Positions 51,047 to 60,306 of a DNA stretch of 64,000 bases are shown here, piece after piece. Both the position numbers and the translations under genes were made by a program. The notes beneath the pieces were generated by a model. It was not told the DNA's origin, made no database searches, and was given only the letters and a program-made list of their open reading frames with translations. How positions within the stretch are numbered: the first letter of the stretch is position 1; every line of letters starts with the position of its first letter. This stretch comes from Nannocystis bainbridge. Lineage in GTDB: Bacteria; Myxococcota_A; Polyangia; Nannocystales; Nannocystaceae. The DNA lies in NCBI RefSeq assembly GCF_028368995.1, contig NZ_JAQNDL010000001.1, forward strand, positions 3,520,001 to 3,584,000. Direction: 5' to 3'.

Positions 51047-52153
51047 ATGCCCGAAACTCGCCGCGCTCTTCGCCCCTCGCTCGCCCTCTCTGGCCGCCGT
51101 GCTGGCCTTTCGGCCGTGTTCGCCGCCGTCGCGGTGGTTGTCATCCCGTCACGGGCGCAGGCCGCCCCGGGACTCGATGGCACGCGCAACCTCGGGATGG
51201 GCGGAGCGACGCGCGCCTCGTCGACCGGCTCGGGGGCCATGCTGGCCAACCCGGCCAACATGGGCTTCACGCGCCAGTTCTTGATCGATCCGGTCTACCA
51301 GGCCCAGGTCGAGAACAACACCCACGGGGTCGGCATCCAGGCGATGGACTCGCTGATGAACCCGCGGGTGGCCGTCGGCCTCGGCTACGTGGCCACGCTC
51401 GGCCTGCCCAACGTCACCTTCAAGGACGACCGCGGCGGCGATCATCAGATCGCGCTGTTTCACATGGCCCACGAGGTCGGCCTGCCGATCGCCATCAACG
51501 CGGCGCCCGGGTGGCTCGCGTTCGGCGTGCGGCCCAAGTTCCTGCAGTCGAGCCTGCGCTTCGTCGACGCCCAGGGTGATCCGCACGACGCCAAGAAGCA
51601 GCGCCTCGCCTTTGGCCTCGACCTGGCGATGACCGTGTCGATCCTGCAGTTCGCCAACGTCTCGGTGGTCGGCCAGAACCTGGTCGGCCCGGCGCCGCCG
51701 GCGACGTCGCTGAAGCTCGACCCGTACGTGGTCGCGCCCGACAGCCTCGGCCGCAGCCACGTCAGCCTGCTGTCCGACTTCCCGCGCACGCTGGCCCACG
51801 GCCTGGCGGTCTTCCCCACCCGCCAGAGCGGCTTCTCGATCAACTTCGACGGCCTCTACGACTTCACGTCGTTCCGTCACCAGGACAAGTACACGCGGAT
51901 GATCTTCGCCGGCGGCGCCGAGTACACCATCAAGCGCGTGGTGCCGCTGCGCTTCGGCGGCTACTGGGACAGCCGCGGCCGCGGCAAGCAGGACGACCGC
52001 GGCTTCATCGCCTGCGGCATCGGCTTCGTCCGCGACGCGCCCAAGCGAGGGATCGGCTTCGACCTCGGGTTCGGGTTCTCGCGCCAGATCACCGGACCGA
52101 ACCCCGAGACCCGCCTGGCGGTCAACCTCGGCATCCGCATCAATCCCCAGTAA
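51047..52153 (+). CDS. Outer-membrane beta-barrel protein, FadL/PorV-like
   Basis: Signal peptide ending AQA, N-terminal GTRNLGMGGA...MLANPANM motif and alternating amphipathic strands. Confidence 0.7.
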   Translation: MPETRRALRPSLALSGRRAGLSAVFAAVAVVVIPSRAQAAPGLDGTRNLGMGGATRASSTGSGAMLANPANMGFTRQFLIDPVYQAQVENNTHGVGIQAMDSLMNPRVAVGLGYVATLGLPNVTFKDDRGGDHQIALFHMAHEVGLPIAINAAPGWLAFGVRPKFLQSSLRFVDAQGDPHDAKKQRLAFGLDLAMTVSILQFANVSVVGQNLVGPAPPATSLKLDPYVVAPDSLGRSHVSLLSDFPRTLAHGLAVFPTRQSGFSINFDGLYDFTSFRHQDKYTRMIFAGGAEYTIKRVVPLRFGGYWDSRGRGKQDDRGFIACGIGFVRDAPKRGIGFDLGFGFSRQITGPNPETRLAVNLGIRINPQ

Positions 52154-52243
52154 AAGCCTCAGTAAAAGCCGCGACAAAGCCGGCCGGGGCCTGCGCCGGG
52201 CCCGCCTGCGCGCGCGGACGTGCCCGTGACGGACATTCGCACA

Positions 52244-52271
52244 GGAACCTTGCCCCGGCCCCGCGGTCTGG
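52244..52271 (+). promoter_or_regulatory. ECF (sigmaE-type) promoter, probably autoregulatory
   Basis: (G)GAACCT-N16-TCTGG resembles the sigmaE consensus GAACTT-N16-TCTGA and sits immediately upstream of the ECF sigma gene. Confidence 0.55.
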
Positions 52272-52277
52272 ACGACA

Positions 52278-53015
52278 GTGAGTGGCGTGACCGACCCCGA
52301 GCGAGTGTACAGCGCCGAGGAGCTCGCCGCTGCCGCGCCGCCCGACGAGCCCGAGCCGGCGCCGGCTCCCGATGAGACGTTGACCCCGGAGCAGCGGGCC
52401 GAGAACGCCCGCCGCGCCGAGCAGGACCGCCGCGATCGCCAGCTCGTCCGTCGCCTCAAGCAGGGCGACGAGGCCGCGTTCCGCGAGCTGGTGCACACCT
52501 ACCAGAACCGGATCTTCAGCCTCATGCTGCGCATGATCGGCAACCGCCAGGAGGCCGAGGATCTCGCGCAGGAGGTGTTCATCATCGTCTACCGCGCGAT
52601 CGGCAACTACCGCGGCGAGGGTCGCTTCTACACCTGGCTCTACCGGGTCGCCAGCAACACCTGCAAGAACCGGATCAAGTACCTCAAGGGCCGCAACTTC
52701 CACCGCAGCCTCGACATCGACGAGACGCCGCAGGCGCAGATGCCCGCCGCCGAGACCGGCGCCGTCATCACCTTTCAGAGCCAGGTGCCCGGCCCCGAGG
52801 CCGTGACCGAGGGCATGCGCATGGAGAAGATCGTCCAGCGCGAGCTCGCCGCCCTCGATCCGGACCATCGCCTGCTCATCGTCCTCCGCGACGTGCAAGG
52901 CATGTCGTACCAGGACATCATCAAGATCACCGGCCTGCAGGAGGGCACGCTCAAGTCACGCCTGCACCGGGCGCGCCTGGCGCTGAAGGAGCGCCTGGAG
53001 CCGTTCATGCGCTGA
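52278..53015 (+). CDS. ECF RNA polymerase sigma factor (RpoE-like)
   Basis: GDEAAFRELV, EAEDLAQEVF, FYTWLYRVASN, GMSYQDI, GTLKSRLHRAR. Start is 52278 or 52287. Confidence 0.93.
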   Translation: MSGVTDPERVYSAEELAAAAPPDEPEPAPAPDETLTPEQRAENARRAEQDRRDRQLVRRLKQGDEAAFRELVHTYQNRIFSLMLRMIGNRQEAEDLAQEVFIIVYRAIGNYRGEGRFYTWLYRVASNTCKNRIKYLKGRNFHRSLDIDETPQAQMPAAETGAVITFQSQVPGPEAVTEGMRMEKIVQRELAALDPDHRLLIVLRDVQGMSYQDIIKITGLQEGTLKSRLHRARLALKERLEPFMR

Positions 53016-53033
53016 CGCGCCGAGGACCGTCGT

Positions 53034-53447
53034 ATGGCCGAGCCCGAGACCGACAACGCCGAAGCGCTGATGAGCGCCTACCTCGACGAGGAGCTCGACG
53101 CCGAGGGCAAGAGCAAGCTCGAGGCGATGCTCGCGACCTCGCCCGCGGCGCAGAAGGAGCTGTCCGGCCTGCAGAACATGCTGCGGCTGGTCAAGGGCCT
53201 GCCCGAGGAGCAGGCCCCGCCCGACTTCTACGAGAAGGTCGCCAAGAAGATCCGCCGCCGCCGCTGGCTGCGCGGCGAGTACCTGATCGCGCTGGCCCTG
53301 CCGTTCCAGATCATCAACGTCCTCGTGATCCTCGCCGTCGCGGTCGTCTACATGATGCTCCACCTGGACGTCGACGTCGCCGGCCGCAAGCTCGAGCGCG
53401 ACCCGACGGTCCAGCAGGCCAAGCCGCCCGCGACGCCTGCGCCTTAG
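53034..53447 (+). CDS. Membrane-anchored anti-sigma factor
   Basis: LMSAYLDEELD anti-sigma N-terminus without HxxxCxxC, a TM segment, and position directly after the ECF sigma. Confidence 0.8.
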   Translation: MAEPETDNAEALMSAYLDEELDAEGKSKLEAMLATSPAAQKELSGLQNMLRLVKGLPEEQAPPDFYEKVAKKIRRRRWLRGEYLIALALPFQIINVLVILAVAVVYMMLHLDVDVAGRKLERDPTVQQAKPPATPAP

Positions 53448-53507
53448 GGCATGTTCTCCGGGGCATGTCCTCGCGGGCATGTCCCCGGGCGCATGTCCTC
53501 GCGGACA
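53438..53507. repeat. Array of five 14-bp TGTCC-N4-GGACA-like palindromic units
   Basis: TGCGCCTTAGGGCA TGTTCTCCGGGGCA TGTCCTCGCGGGCA TGTCCCCGGGCGCA TGTCCTCGCGGACA. Confidence 0.85.
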
Positions 53508-53520
53508 GCCGCCTTGGCGC

Positions 53521-55785
53521 TCACTTGTGGTGGAACACGGCCACACCGTCCCAGTCGGGCGGCGCCGCCTCGCCGAGGCCTTCCAGCCGCCCCAGGTGCA
53601 GGCGCACCACCGGGTCGTCCGGGTTCTCGGCGGCGAACGCCTGCCAGTGCGCGCGCGCGGCCGCGAAGTCGCCGGCGCGGAAGGCCGTCAGGGCCGCGCT
53701 CCAGCGGTCCAGCGCCGCGTACTCGGCGACGGCCCCGTCCGGCCCCGCCAGCAGCTCGAAGATCGCCACCGGTCGGCCCTTGCCCTTCACGCGCACCAGG
53801 TCGACCTCGCGGAAGCGGTAGCTCGGCGGCGCGGCGGCGCGGGTGCCGGCGCCGACCAGGCAGAACACCCCGTACGTCTTCGTCAGGCCCTCGAGGCGCG
53901 ACGCCAGGTTGACCGCGTCGCCGCACACCGTGTAGTCGAAGCGGTCGGCCGAGCCCATGTTGCCGACCACCATGTCGCCGGTGTTGATGCCGACGCCGAT
54001 CTGCAGCGCCTCGACCCCGAACTGGCGCAGCGACGGCTGCAGCCGGGCCAGCGCGGCGTGCATCGCCAGCGCGGTGGCGAGGCCGCGCGCGGCGTGGTCG
54101 GCCCGGGCCACCGGCGCGCCGTACACCGCCATCACCGCGTCGCCGATGTACTTGTCGAGGTAGCCGGCGCGCGCCATCACCTCCTGCGTCATCGGCGTGA
54201 GGAACGTGTTGAGCAGCGCCACCAGGTCCTCGGGCGACAGCCGCTCGGCCACGCCGGTGAAGTCGCGGATGTCGGAGAACAGCACCGTCAGCTCGCGCCG
54301 CGCCCCGCCGAGCCCGAGGGCCTTGGGGTCGGCCAGCAATTCGTCGAGCACCTCGGCCCCGAGGTAGCTGGAGAACGTCCGCCGCAGCCGCGCCCGCTGC
54401 AGCGCCTCGCCGGCGTACGCGGCCGCCAGCGCCGCCGAGCCCGCGACCACCGCGGCCAGCAGCGGCCACACCAGCGCCAGCCACAGGTGCATGCGCGTGA
54501 ACGCCAGCGCCGCCGCGGCGACGTCGAGGCCGATCACCGCCAGCACCCCGGCGATGCGCGCGAGCGGCCCGGCCCGCAGCGCCGCGGCGAACAGCAAGCT
54601 GACCAAAAGGCCAGATATCAGCGTGACCAGGGCGTCGGTCAGGGCCGAGCTGCGGACCAGCGGGTCGCCGGCGAGGATCGTGTCGACGGCGGTGGCCTGC
54701 AGCTCGACGCCGGGCAGATCGCCGGCGAACGGGGTGCGGACGACGTCGTGGCCGAAGTAGGTCACGCCGAGCAGGACGATCTTGCCGCGCAGCAGCGCGT
54801 CGGCGCGGCCCTCGACGACATCGGCCGCCGACACCGTGGGGAAGGTCCCGGGCCCGCCGCGGAAGTTGAGCACCACCGCCTCGTCGGCGCCGAGCGGGAC
54901 CCGGCGTGCGCCGATCTGCAGGCTCGCCTCGCCGCCGAGGAACGCCAGCTCGGCCCGCCCGAGGCCCTCGCGCAGGGCGACCAGCTGGACCGACAGCGGC
55001 GCGTAGGCGGCGTCGCCGACCCGCCAGGCCGCGGGGATCGTGCGCACCGCGCGGCCTGGGTCCTCCTCGACGGTGATCCCGCCGAGCGCCCGCGCCCGCG
55101 CGACCAGCTCGGGCAGCGACACCAGCCCCGCCTCGGCGATCCGGATCGGGGGCGAGCGCGCGTCCTGCTGGCCGTAGCGCCCGTGACGCAGCGTCGCCGG
55201 GTCCGGCAGAGGCCGCCCATCACCTGACTCTTGGGTCAGATGAATCGCCAGCGCCACGTTGCCCGCGGCCGCCACCGCGCTCGCCAGCTCGGCGTCGCCC
55301 GTCAGCTCGCGCGCGACCTCCCGCAGCAGCGCCTCGGCCTGGCCTTCGGGACCTGCTCCGACGGGCATGTCCTTTTCGACATGTCCCTTGATGCGGGCGC
55401 CGAGCTCCGGCGACAGCAGCTCCTCGGGGTCGACGTAGACCTGGTCGATGCCGATCGCCGCCGGCCGCGCCGCCGCCAGCGCGCGCACCAGCGCGGCCGT
55501 GCCGGCGCGGCGCTGGTAGAGCTCGGGCCGGCGCTCGAGCGTGGCGTCGTCGATGGCCACGATCACCACCTCGCCGGTGGTCGGGACCGGCCCGCGCCAG
55601 CGGAACCGCTGGTCGAGGCTGGCCCGCTCGAGCGCGTCGACCCACCGCACCCGCCAGCCCGCGCGCTCCAGACCGCACAGCAGGGCGATCGCCACGCTGA
55701 GCAGCCCGGCCAGCAGCGCCGGCGAGCGCAGCAAGGCCCGCCGGCGCGCGCCGGGCCGCGACGGGCTGGCCGGGGCGCCGCGCAT
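53521..55785 (-). CDS. CHASE2-domain class III adenylate cyclase
   Basis: LDQRFRWRG, VVIVAIDD, GKIVLLG, PGVELQATAVDTIL, three TMs, FSDIRDFT, LDKYIGDAVMA, YTVCGDAVNLASRLEGLTK. ATG 55785 overlaps the upstream stop (TGATG). Confidence 0.92.
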   Translation of the reverse strand: MRGAPASPSRPGARRRALLRSPALLAGLLSVAIALLCGLERAGWRVRWVDALERASLDQRFRWRGPVPTTGEVVIVAIDDATLERRPELYQRRAGTAALVRALAAARPAAIGIDQVYVDPEELLSPELGARIKGHVEKDMPVGAGPEGQAEALLREVARELTGDAELASAVAAAGNVALAIHLTQESGDGRPLPDPATLRHGRYGQQDARSPPIRIAEAGLVSLPELVARARALGGITVEEDPGRAVRTIPAAWRVGDAAYAPLSVQLVALREGLGRAELAFLGGEASLQIGARRVPLGADEAVVLNFRGGPGTFPTVSAADVVEGRADALLRGKIVLLGVTYFGHDVVRTPFAGDLPGVELQATAVDTILAGDPLVRSSALTDALVTLISGLLVSLLFAAALRAGPLARIAGVLAVIGLDVAAAALAFTRMHLWLALVWPLLAAVVAGSAALAAAYAGEALQRARLRRTFSSYLGAEVLDELLADPKALGLGGARRELTVLFSDIRDFTGVAERLSPEDLVALLNTFLTPMTQEVMARAGYLDKYIGDAVMAVYGAPVARADHAARGLATALAMHAALARLQPSLRQFGVEALQIGVGINTGDMVVGNMGSADRFDYTVCGDAVNLASRLEGLTKTYGVFCLVGAGTRAAAPPSYRFREVDLVRVKGKGRPVAIFELLAGPDGAVAEYAALDRWSAALTAFRAGDFAAARAHWQAFAAENPDDPVVRLHLGRLEGLGEAAPPDWDGVAVFHHK

Positions 55786-56930
55786 CACCGCCTTACGTGC
55801 ACGATCGCCCAGCCGTCGGCCACGCCGCCGACCCGCTGGTTCAGCAGCTCCCGCGCGCACGCCGGGGCCGGCTTGCCGCCGCCGAGCGCGACCTCCTTGA
55901 CCACCCCGCCCACGACCTTGAGCCGCAGCTCGGGCCCCGCCACGCCGGGCAGCGCCTCGGCGACGCACTGCGCCAGCGCCTGCCGTCGCGCCTTGAGGGC
56001 CTCGGGCAGGCTGGTGCGCGTGACCCGGGTGTCGGGCGCCGTCTCGAAGATCCACGTGTCGGCCAGGTCGACCGCGGCCGACGACGACTCGGCCTCCGCG
56101 CTGCCGAGGCCGGGCGCGCCGCCGGGCGGCTCCTGGCTCGGCTCGGCCGGCCGCGACTCGGGGCTCTTCGTCGACGACTTCTTCCCGGGGCCCGCTGGCG
56201 ACTGGGGCGGCGGCGCCGGGTCGGCCGGGCCGGCGAGAGCGTCGTCCTGATCGGTCGGCGGCGCCGTCGGGCGGTTCTTGTCCGCCGGCGCCTTGGCCTC
56301 GGTCTTGGGCTTGGCGCCGTCGAGGTCGTCGTTGTGGCCGCGCGTCGTCTCCGGCTCGTCGGTGAGCGGCGCCGTCGGCCGGTCCTCTGCTTCGGGCGCG
56401 GGCTCGGCGATGGATTTCGTCGGCGCCGGCGGGGCCTCTGTCCGGGTGACCGGCGCCGGCGTCTCGCCCGAGGCGCGGCGGGCGTTCCAGCCGGCGATGC
56501 GCTCGAGCCGGTCGGCCCCGCCCACGCGGGCCAGCGCCTCCGGGCCCAGCGCCCGGGCGAACAGCTCGGCCACGCTCTCGGCCGGCGGAGGGTCGTCGAG
56601 GTGGGCCAGCGCGCGCACCGGCGTCGCCTGGTCCTCCTCGAGCTTGATCACGTAGCCGCTCGCCAGCACCACCACCGCCAGCGAGCCGGGCGTGGTGATC
56701 ACCGTGTCGCCGCGGCGCAGCGGCAGCTCCGGGCGCCCGGGCGTCTCGGCCCCCCCGGCGTCGCGGACCGTCACCGTGCCCTCGACCACCGCCAGGAGCG
56801 CCACTTCGGCGGCCGGATCTGCCACCGGCGCCGGCCCCGTCGCCGCGCTCGTGGCCGGCTCTCCGCAGCCCAGCAGCAGCAGCAGCGCCGCTGGAACCCC
56901 CCACATGCCTCGACGAGCCGTGACGCGCAT
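55785..56930 (-). CDS. Lipoprotein with FecR-like N-terminal domain, Pro-rich linker and small Cys-containing C-terminal domain
   Basis: Lipobox LLGC and VEGTVTVR...LRRGDTVITTPGSLAVVVLASGYVIKL (FecR-like). Translationally coupled to the cyclase. Confidence 0.7.
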   Translation of the reverse strand: MRVTARRGMWGVPAALLLLLGCGEPATSAATGPAPVADPAAEVALLAVVEGTVTVRDAGGAETPGRPELPLRRGDTVITTPGSLAVVVLASGYVIKLEEDQATPVRALAHLDDPPPAESVAELFARALGPEALARVGGADRLERIAGWNARRASGETPAPVTRTEAPPAPTKSIAEPAPEAEDRPTAPLTDEPETTRGHNDDLDGAKPKTEAKAPADKNRPTAPPTDQDDALAGPADPAPPPQSPAGPGKKSSTKSPESRPAEPSQEPPGGAPGLGSAEAESSSAAVDLADTWIFETAPDTRVTRTSLPEALKARRQALAQCVAEALPGVAGPELRLKVVGGVVKEVALGGGKPAPACARELLNQRVGGVADGWAIVHVRR

Positions 56931-57198
56931 CGTGCCTCCTGCCGCTCAGACGCGCCTATACCACGAAATCCGGCCACCTCGCGGCGCCGCGGCCCCGCGG
57001 CTGGCCACGAGGACAGCCGCCCATCGGGCCGGCGCGCGGCCCCGCCCATTTTCGCCGTGCGGGCGCGCGTGACCGCGAATTCGCCGCTTGACATTTCGAG
57101 TTCTTCGCGCCTCCCCCCCTCTACGTGGTTCCCTCGGGCGGCTCGCAAAAGCTCCGCGGAATCTTAGCGGACCTGTGATAAAAACCGGCTGTTCCCTC

Positions 57199-57819
57199 AT
57201 GCCGCGCGAAGTCATCCTGGTCGACAGTCAGCTCGGGAACCTGGACAGCGTCGAGCACGCGCTCATCCAGGTCGGCGCCTCGGTGATCGTCTCCAGCGAC
57301 CCGGACCGCGTCGCCACCGCGCGCATGGTCGTGTTCCCCGGCCAGGGCTCGTTCGGACCGACCACCCGCGCGCTGGTCGACGGGGCCATGGGCGCGGCCC
57401 TGCGCATGGTCATCGAGCGCGGCGACCCGTTCCTCGGCATCTGCCTCGGCATGCAGCTGCTGTTCGAGCAGAGCGACGAGGGCGGCGGCTTCGACGGCCT
57501 CAAGGTCCTGCCGGGCCGCGTGCGCCGGTTCCCGGCCGACATGCGGGCCGGCGACGAGCCCGACGCCGCGCGCCTGAAGATCCCCCACATGGGCTGGAGC
57601 GACGTGCAGCCGACCGGCGAGCACTTCTACTTCGCCCACAGTTACTACGTCGAGACCACCGACCCCAGCCTCGTGATGTGGTGGTGCCGCTACGGGAGCA
57701 TCGAGTTCCCGGCCACCATCTCGCGCGGCAACGTGTTCGGCTGTCAGTTCCACCCCGAGAAGAGCCAGTGGTCGGGGCTCCGCTTCCTCCGCAGCTTCAT
57801 CCTCGGAGGCCGCGCCTGA
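57199..57819 (+). CDS. hisH: Imidazole glycerol phosphate synthase glutaminase subunit
   Basis: GNLDSV, FPGQGSF, LGICLGMQLL, IPHMGW, YFAHSY, QFHPEKS. Confidence 0.96.
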   Translation: MPREVILVDSQLGNLDSVEHALIQVGASVIVSSDPDRVATARMVVFPGQGSFGPTTRALVDGAMGAALRMVIERGDPFLGICLGMQLLFEQSDEGGGFDGLKVLPGRVRRFPADMRAGDEPDAARLKIPHMGWSDVQPTGEHFYFAHSYYVETTDPSLVMWWCRYGSIEFPATISRGNVFGCQFHPEKSQWSGLRFLRSFILGGRA

Positions 57820-58541
57820 TGCTGGCGATCCCCGCCATCGACCTGATGGGCGGCAAGGCGGTGCGCCTGCGCGAGGGCGACCCGCGGCGCGCCACGGTCT
57901 ACGCCGACGACCCCGGCGCCGCGCTGCGCGACTTCCTGGCCGCGGGTGCGCGACGGATCCACGTCGTCGATCTCGACGGCGCCTTCGCCGGTCGCCCGGT
58001 CCAGACCGACCTCATTCGCGAGCTCGTCGGCATCGCCCACGCCGCGGGCGCCGAGGTCGAGGTCGGCGGCGGTCTGCGCGACGTCGCCGCCGTCACCGCC
58101 GTGCTCGACACCGGCGCCGACTACGTCGTGGTCGGCACCCTCGCCGTGCGCGACCCCGACGCGGTCTCGCTGCTGTGCCGCCAGTACCCCGGCCGCATCA
58201 TCGTCGCCATCGACGCCCGCGACGGCCTGGTCGCCATGGCCGGCTGGCAAGAGCCGACCACCGTGCCGGCGCTGGCGCTGGCCAAGACCGCGGCGATCTG
58301 GGGCGCGGCGGCCTTGCTGCACACCGACATCGCCCGCGACGGCCTGCAGTGCGGGCCGGCCGTCGACGCCACCATCAGCCTGCAGCGCGCCGTCCCCAGC
58401 GTCCTCGTGATCGCCAGCGGGGGCGTCGGCTCGCTCGCCGACCTCGACGCCCTGCGCGCCGCCGACGTGCGCGCGGTGGTCCTCGGGCGCGCGCTCTACG
58501 AAGGTAGCTTTACGTTGGAGGAGGCCCTCGCTCGATGTTGA
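57819..58541 (+). CDS. hisA: ProFAR isomerase
   Basis: [42 protein letters not shown]. Confidence 0.96.
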   Translation: MLAIPAIDLMGGKAVRLREGDPRRATVYADDPGAALRDFLAAGARRIHVVDLDGAFAGRPVQTDLIRELVGIAHAAGAEVEVGGGLRDVAAVTAVLDTGADYVVVGTLAVRDPDAVSLLCRQYPGRIIVAIDARDGLVAMAGWQEPTTVPALALAKTAAIWGAAALLHTDIARDGLQCGPAVDATISLQRAVPSVLVIASGGVGSLADLDALRAADVRAVVLGRALYEGSFTLEEALARC

Positions 58542-59350
58542 AGCGCCGTGTGATCCCCTGCCTCGATATCAAGAACGGCCGGGTCGTCAAGGGCGTCCAT
58601 TTCGCCAACCTGCGCGACACGGGCGACCCTGTCGAGGCTGCGCGCGCCTACGACACCCAAGGCGCCGACGAGCTGTGCCTCCTCGACATCACCGCGACCA
58701 CCGAGGGGCGTGACACCTTCGTCGACGTGGTCCGGCGCGTGGCCGGGCAGATCTTCACGCCGCTGACCGTCGGCGGAGGCGTGCGCCGCGAGGCCGACGT
58801 CCGCCGCCTGCTGGCCGCCGGCGCCGACAAGGTCGCGGTCAACAGCGCCGCCGTCGCCAACCCACTGCTGATCCGCCAGCTCGCCGACCGCTACGGCAGC
58901 CAGTGCATCGTCGTCGCCGTCGACGTGCGCCAGCTGAAGCCGCTGCCGGGCGAGACCGACCCGCTGTACGAGGTCGTGATCCACGGCGGCACCCGCTCGA
59001 CGGGCCTCGACGCGGTGTCGTGGTGCGAGCAGGCGACGGCGCTCGGCGCCGGGGAGATCTTGCTGACCTCGATGGACAAGGACGGGACCCGCGACGGCTA
59101 CGACCTGGCGATCACCCGCGAGGTGTCCAGGCGTGTGCCGATCCCGGTGATCGCCTCCGGCGGCGTGGGCTCGCTCGAGCACCTGCGCCAGGGCCTCGAC
59201 CCCAAGGAGGGCGCCGCCGACGCCGCCCTCGCCGCGTCGATCTTCCACTTCGGCCTCTACACCATCGCCCAGGCCAAGCACTACCTGGCCGACCACGGCA
59301 TCCCCGTCCGCCCGCAAGAGGCGCCGCGCGGGGTGCTCATCACCGGCTGA
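58535..59350 (+). CDS. hisF: Imidazole glycerol phosphate synthase cyclase subunit
   Basis: [53 protein letters not shown]. Confidence 0.97.
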   Translation: MLKRRVIPCLDIKNGRVVKGVHFANLRDTGDPVEAARAYDTQGADELCLLDITATTEGRDTFVDVVRRVAGQIFTPLTVGGGVRREADVRRLLAAGADKVAVNSAAVANPLLIRQLADRYGSQCIVVAVDVRQLKPLPGETDPLYEVVIHGGTRSTGLDAVSWCEQATALGAGEILLTSMDKDGTRDGYDLAITREVSRRVPIPVIASGGVGSLEHLRQGLDPKEGAADAALAASIFHFGLYTIAQAKHYLADHGIPVRPQEAPRGVLITG

Positions 59351-59431
59351 CCGAACGGACATGTCCTCCGGGGCATGTCCGTTCGCACCTGGCCATTTGA
59401 ACCTGGCGACTCGGACATGTCCCTCCAGACA
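59348..59431. repeat. Array of six 14-bp TGTCC-N4-GGACA-like units spanning the hisF stop to the hisIE start
   Basis: TGACCGAACGGACA TGTCCTCCGGGGCA TGTCCGTTCGCACC TGGCCATTTGAACC TGGCGACTCGGACA TGTCCCTCCAGACA. Confidence 0.8.
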
Positions 59432-60133
59432 GACCCCGCCGCGCTGTGGTCGACGCTGACGCCCGGCCCCGACGGCCTGGTCGCCGCGGTGGTCCAGCAC
59501 TTCAGCACCGGCGAGGTGCTGATGCTCGGGCACATGAACGCCGAGGCGCTGGCGCGCACGCTGGCGAGCGGGCGGGTGACGTTCTGGAGCCGCAGCCGGC
59601 AGCAGCTGTGGGAGAAGGGCGAGACCTCGGGGCACACGCTCGAGCTGCGCGGGCTCGCGGTCGACTGCGACGCCGACGCACTGCTGGTCCGCGCCGCGCC
59701 GCGCGGGCCGACCTGCCACACCGGGGCGCCGAGCTGCTTCTTCAGGCCGGTCGGTGAGCCGGCGGCGCCCGGACCGAGCGCGGTGTTCGAGCGGCTGTTC
59801 GCCGAGATCTGCGAGCGCAAGGCCGGGCGCGGGATGACGAGCCGCGGCGGCAAGAGCTACGTCCGCGACCTCATCAGCGCCGGGACGCCGAAGATCGCCG
59901 CCAAGCTGCACGAGGAGGCCGGCGAGCTGGCCGAGGCGCTGGCCGAGGACGACCGCGGCCACATCGCCCGCGAGGCCGCCGACCTGCTGTTCCACGCCCT
60001 CGTCGGCCTGGCCCACCGCGACGTCCCGCTGGCCGACGTCGCCGCCGAGCTGGCGCGCCGCATGGGCCGCAGCGGCCTCGACGAGAAGGCCGCCCGCGCC
60101 CCGGCGGCGGGCCCCGACGGCCACGAGAGCTGA
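59417..60133 (+). CDS. hisIE: Bifunctional PR-AMP cyclohydrolase / PR-ATP pyrophosphatase
   Basis: GEVLMLG, FWSRSR..LWEKGETSG, DCDADA, PTCHTG..SCF, then KLHEEAGE...EAADLLFH. Confidence 0.95.
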   Translation: MSLQTDPAALWSTLTPGPDGLVAAVVQHFSTGEVLMLGHMNAEALARTLASGRVTFWSRSRQQLWEKGETSGHTLELRGLAVDCDADALLVRAAPRGPTCHTGAPSCFFRPVGEPAAPGPSAVFERLFAEICERKAGRGMTSRGGKSYVRDLISAGTPKIAAKLHEEAGELAEALAEDDRGHIAREAADLLFHALVGLAHRDVPLADVAAELARRMGRSGLDEKAARAPAAGPDGHES

Positions 60134-60145
60134 CGCCGCGCGCGT

Positions 60146-60306
60146 CAGCCAGCGCTGCACCGATCGCCGCGCCCGCGCAGGCCGCTCGCGCCTCGTCGTC
60201 GCGTGCGCCGATCGCCGGGCCCGCGCGGGCCCAATTGCGCAGCCATCGCTGCACCGATCGCCGGGCCCGCGCAGGCCGCTCGCGCCTCGTCGTAGCGTGC
60301 GCCGAT
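60146..60306. repeat. Imperfect 67-bp direct repeat (60146-60212 and 60240-60306)
   Basis: CAGCCAnCGCTGCACCGATCGCCGnGCCCGCGCAGGCCGCTCGCGCCTCGTCGTnGCGTGCGCCGAT occurs twice with 3 mismatches and a 94-bp offset. Confidence 0.85.

Noticed and set aside
52221-52235. TGCCC-GTGAC-GGACA as a member of the 14-bp family
   Set aside because: The spacer is 5 bp rather than 4, so it was not counted.
55786-56904. N-terminal extension making the CHASE2 cyclase 1127 aa
   Set aside because: It is an off-frame read through the lipoprotein gene. The TGATG overlap at 55785 gives a better start.
57088-57093. TTGACA upstream of hisH as a -35 box
   Set aside because: No acceptable -10 element at 16-18 bp spacing.
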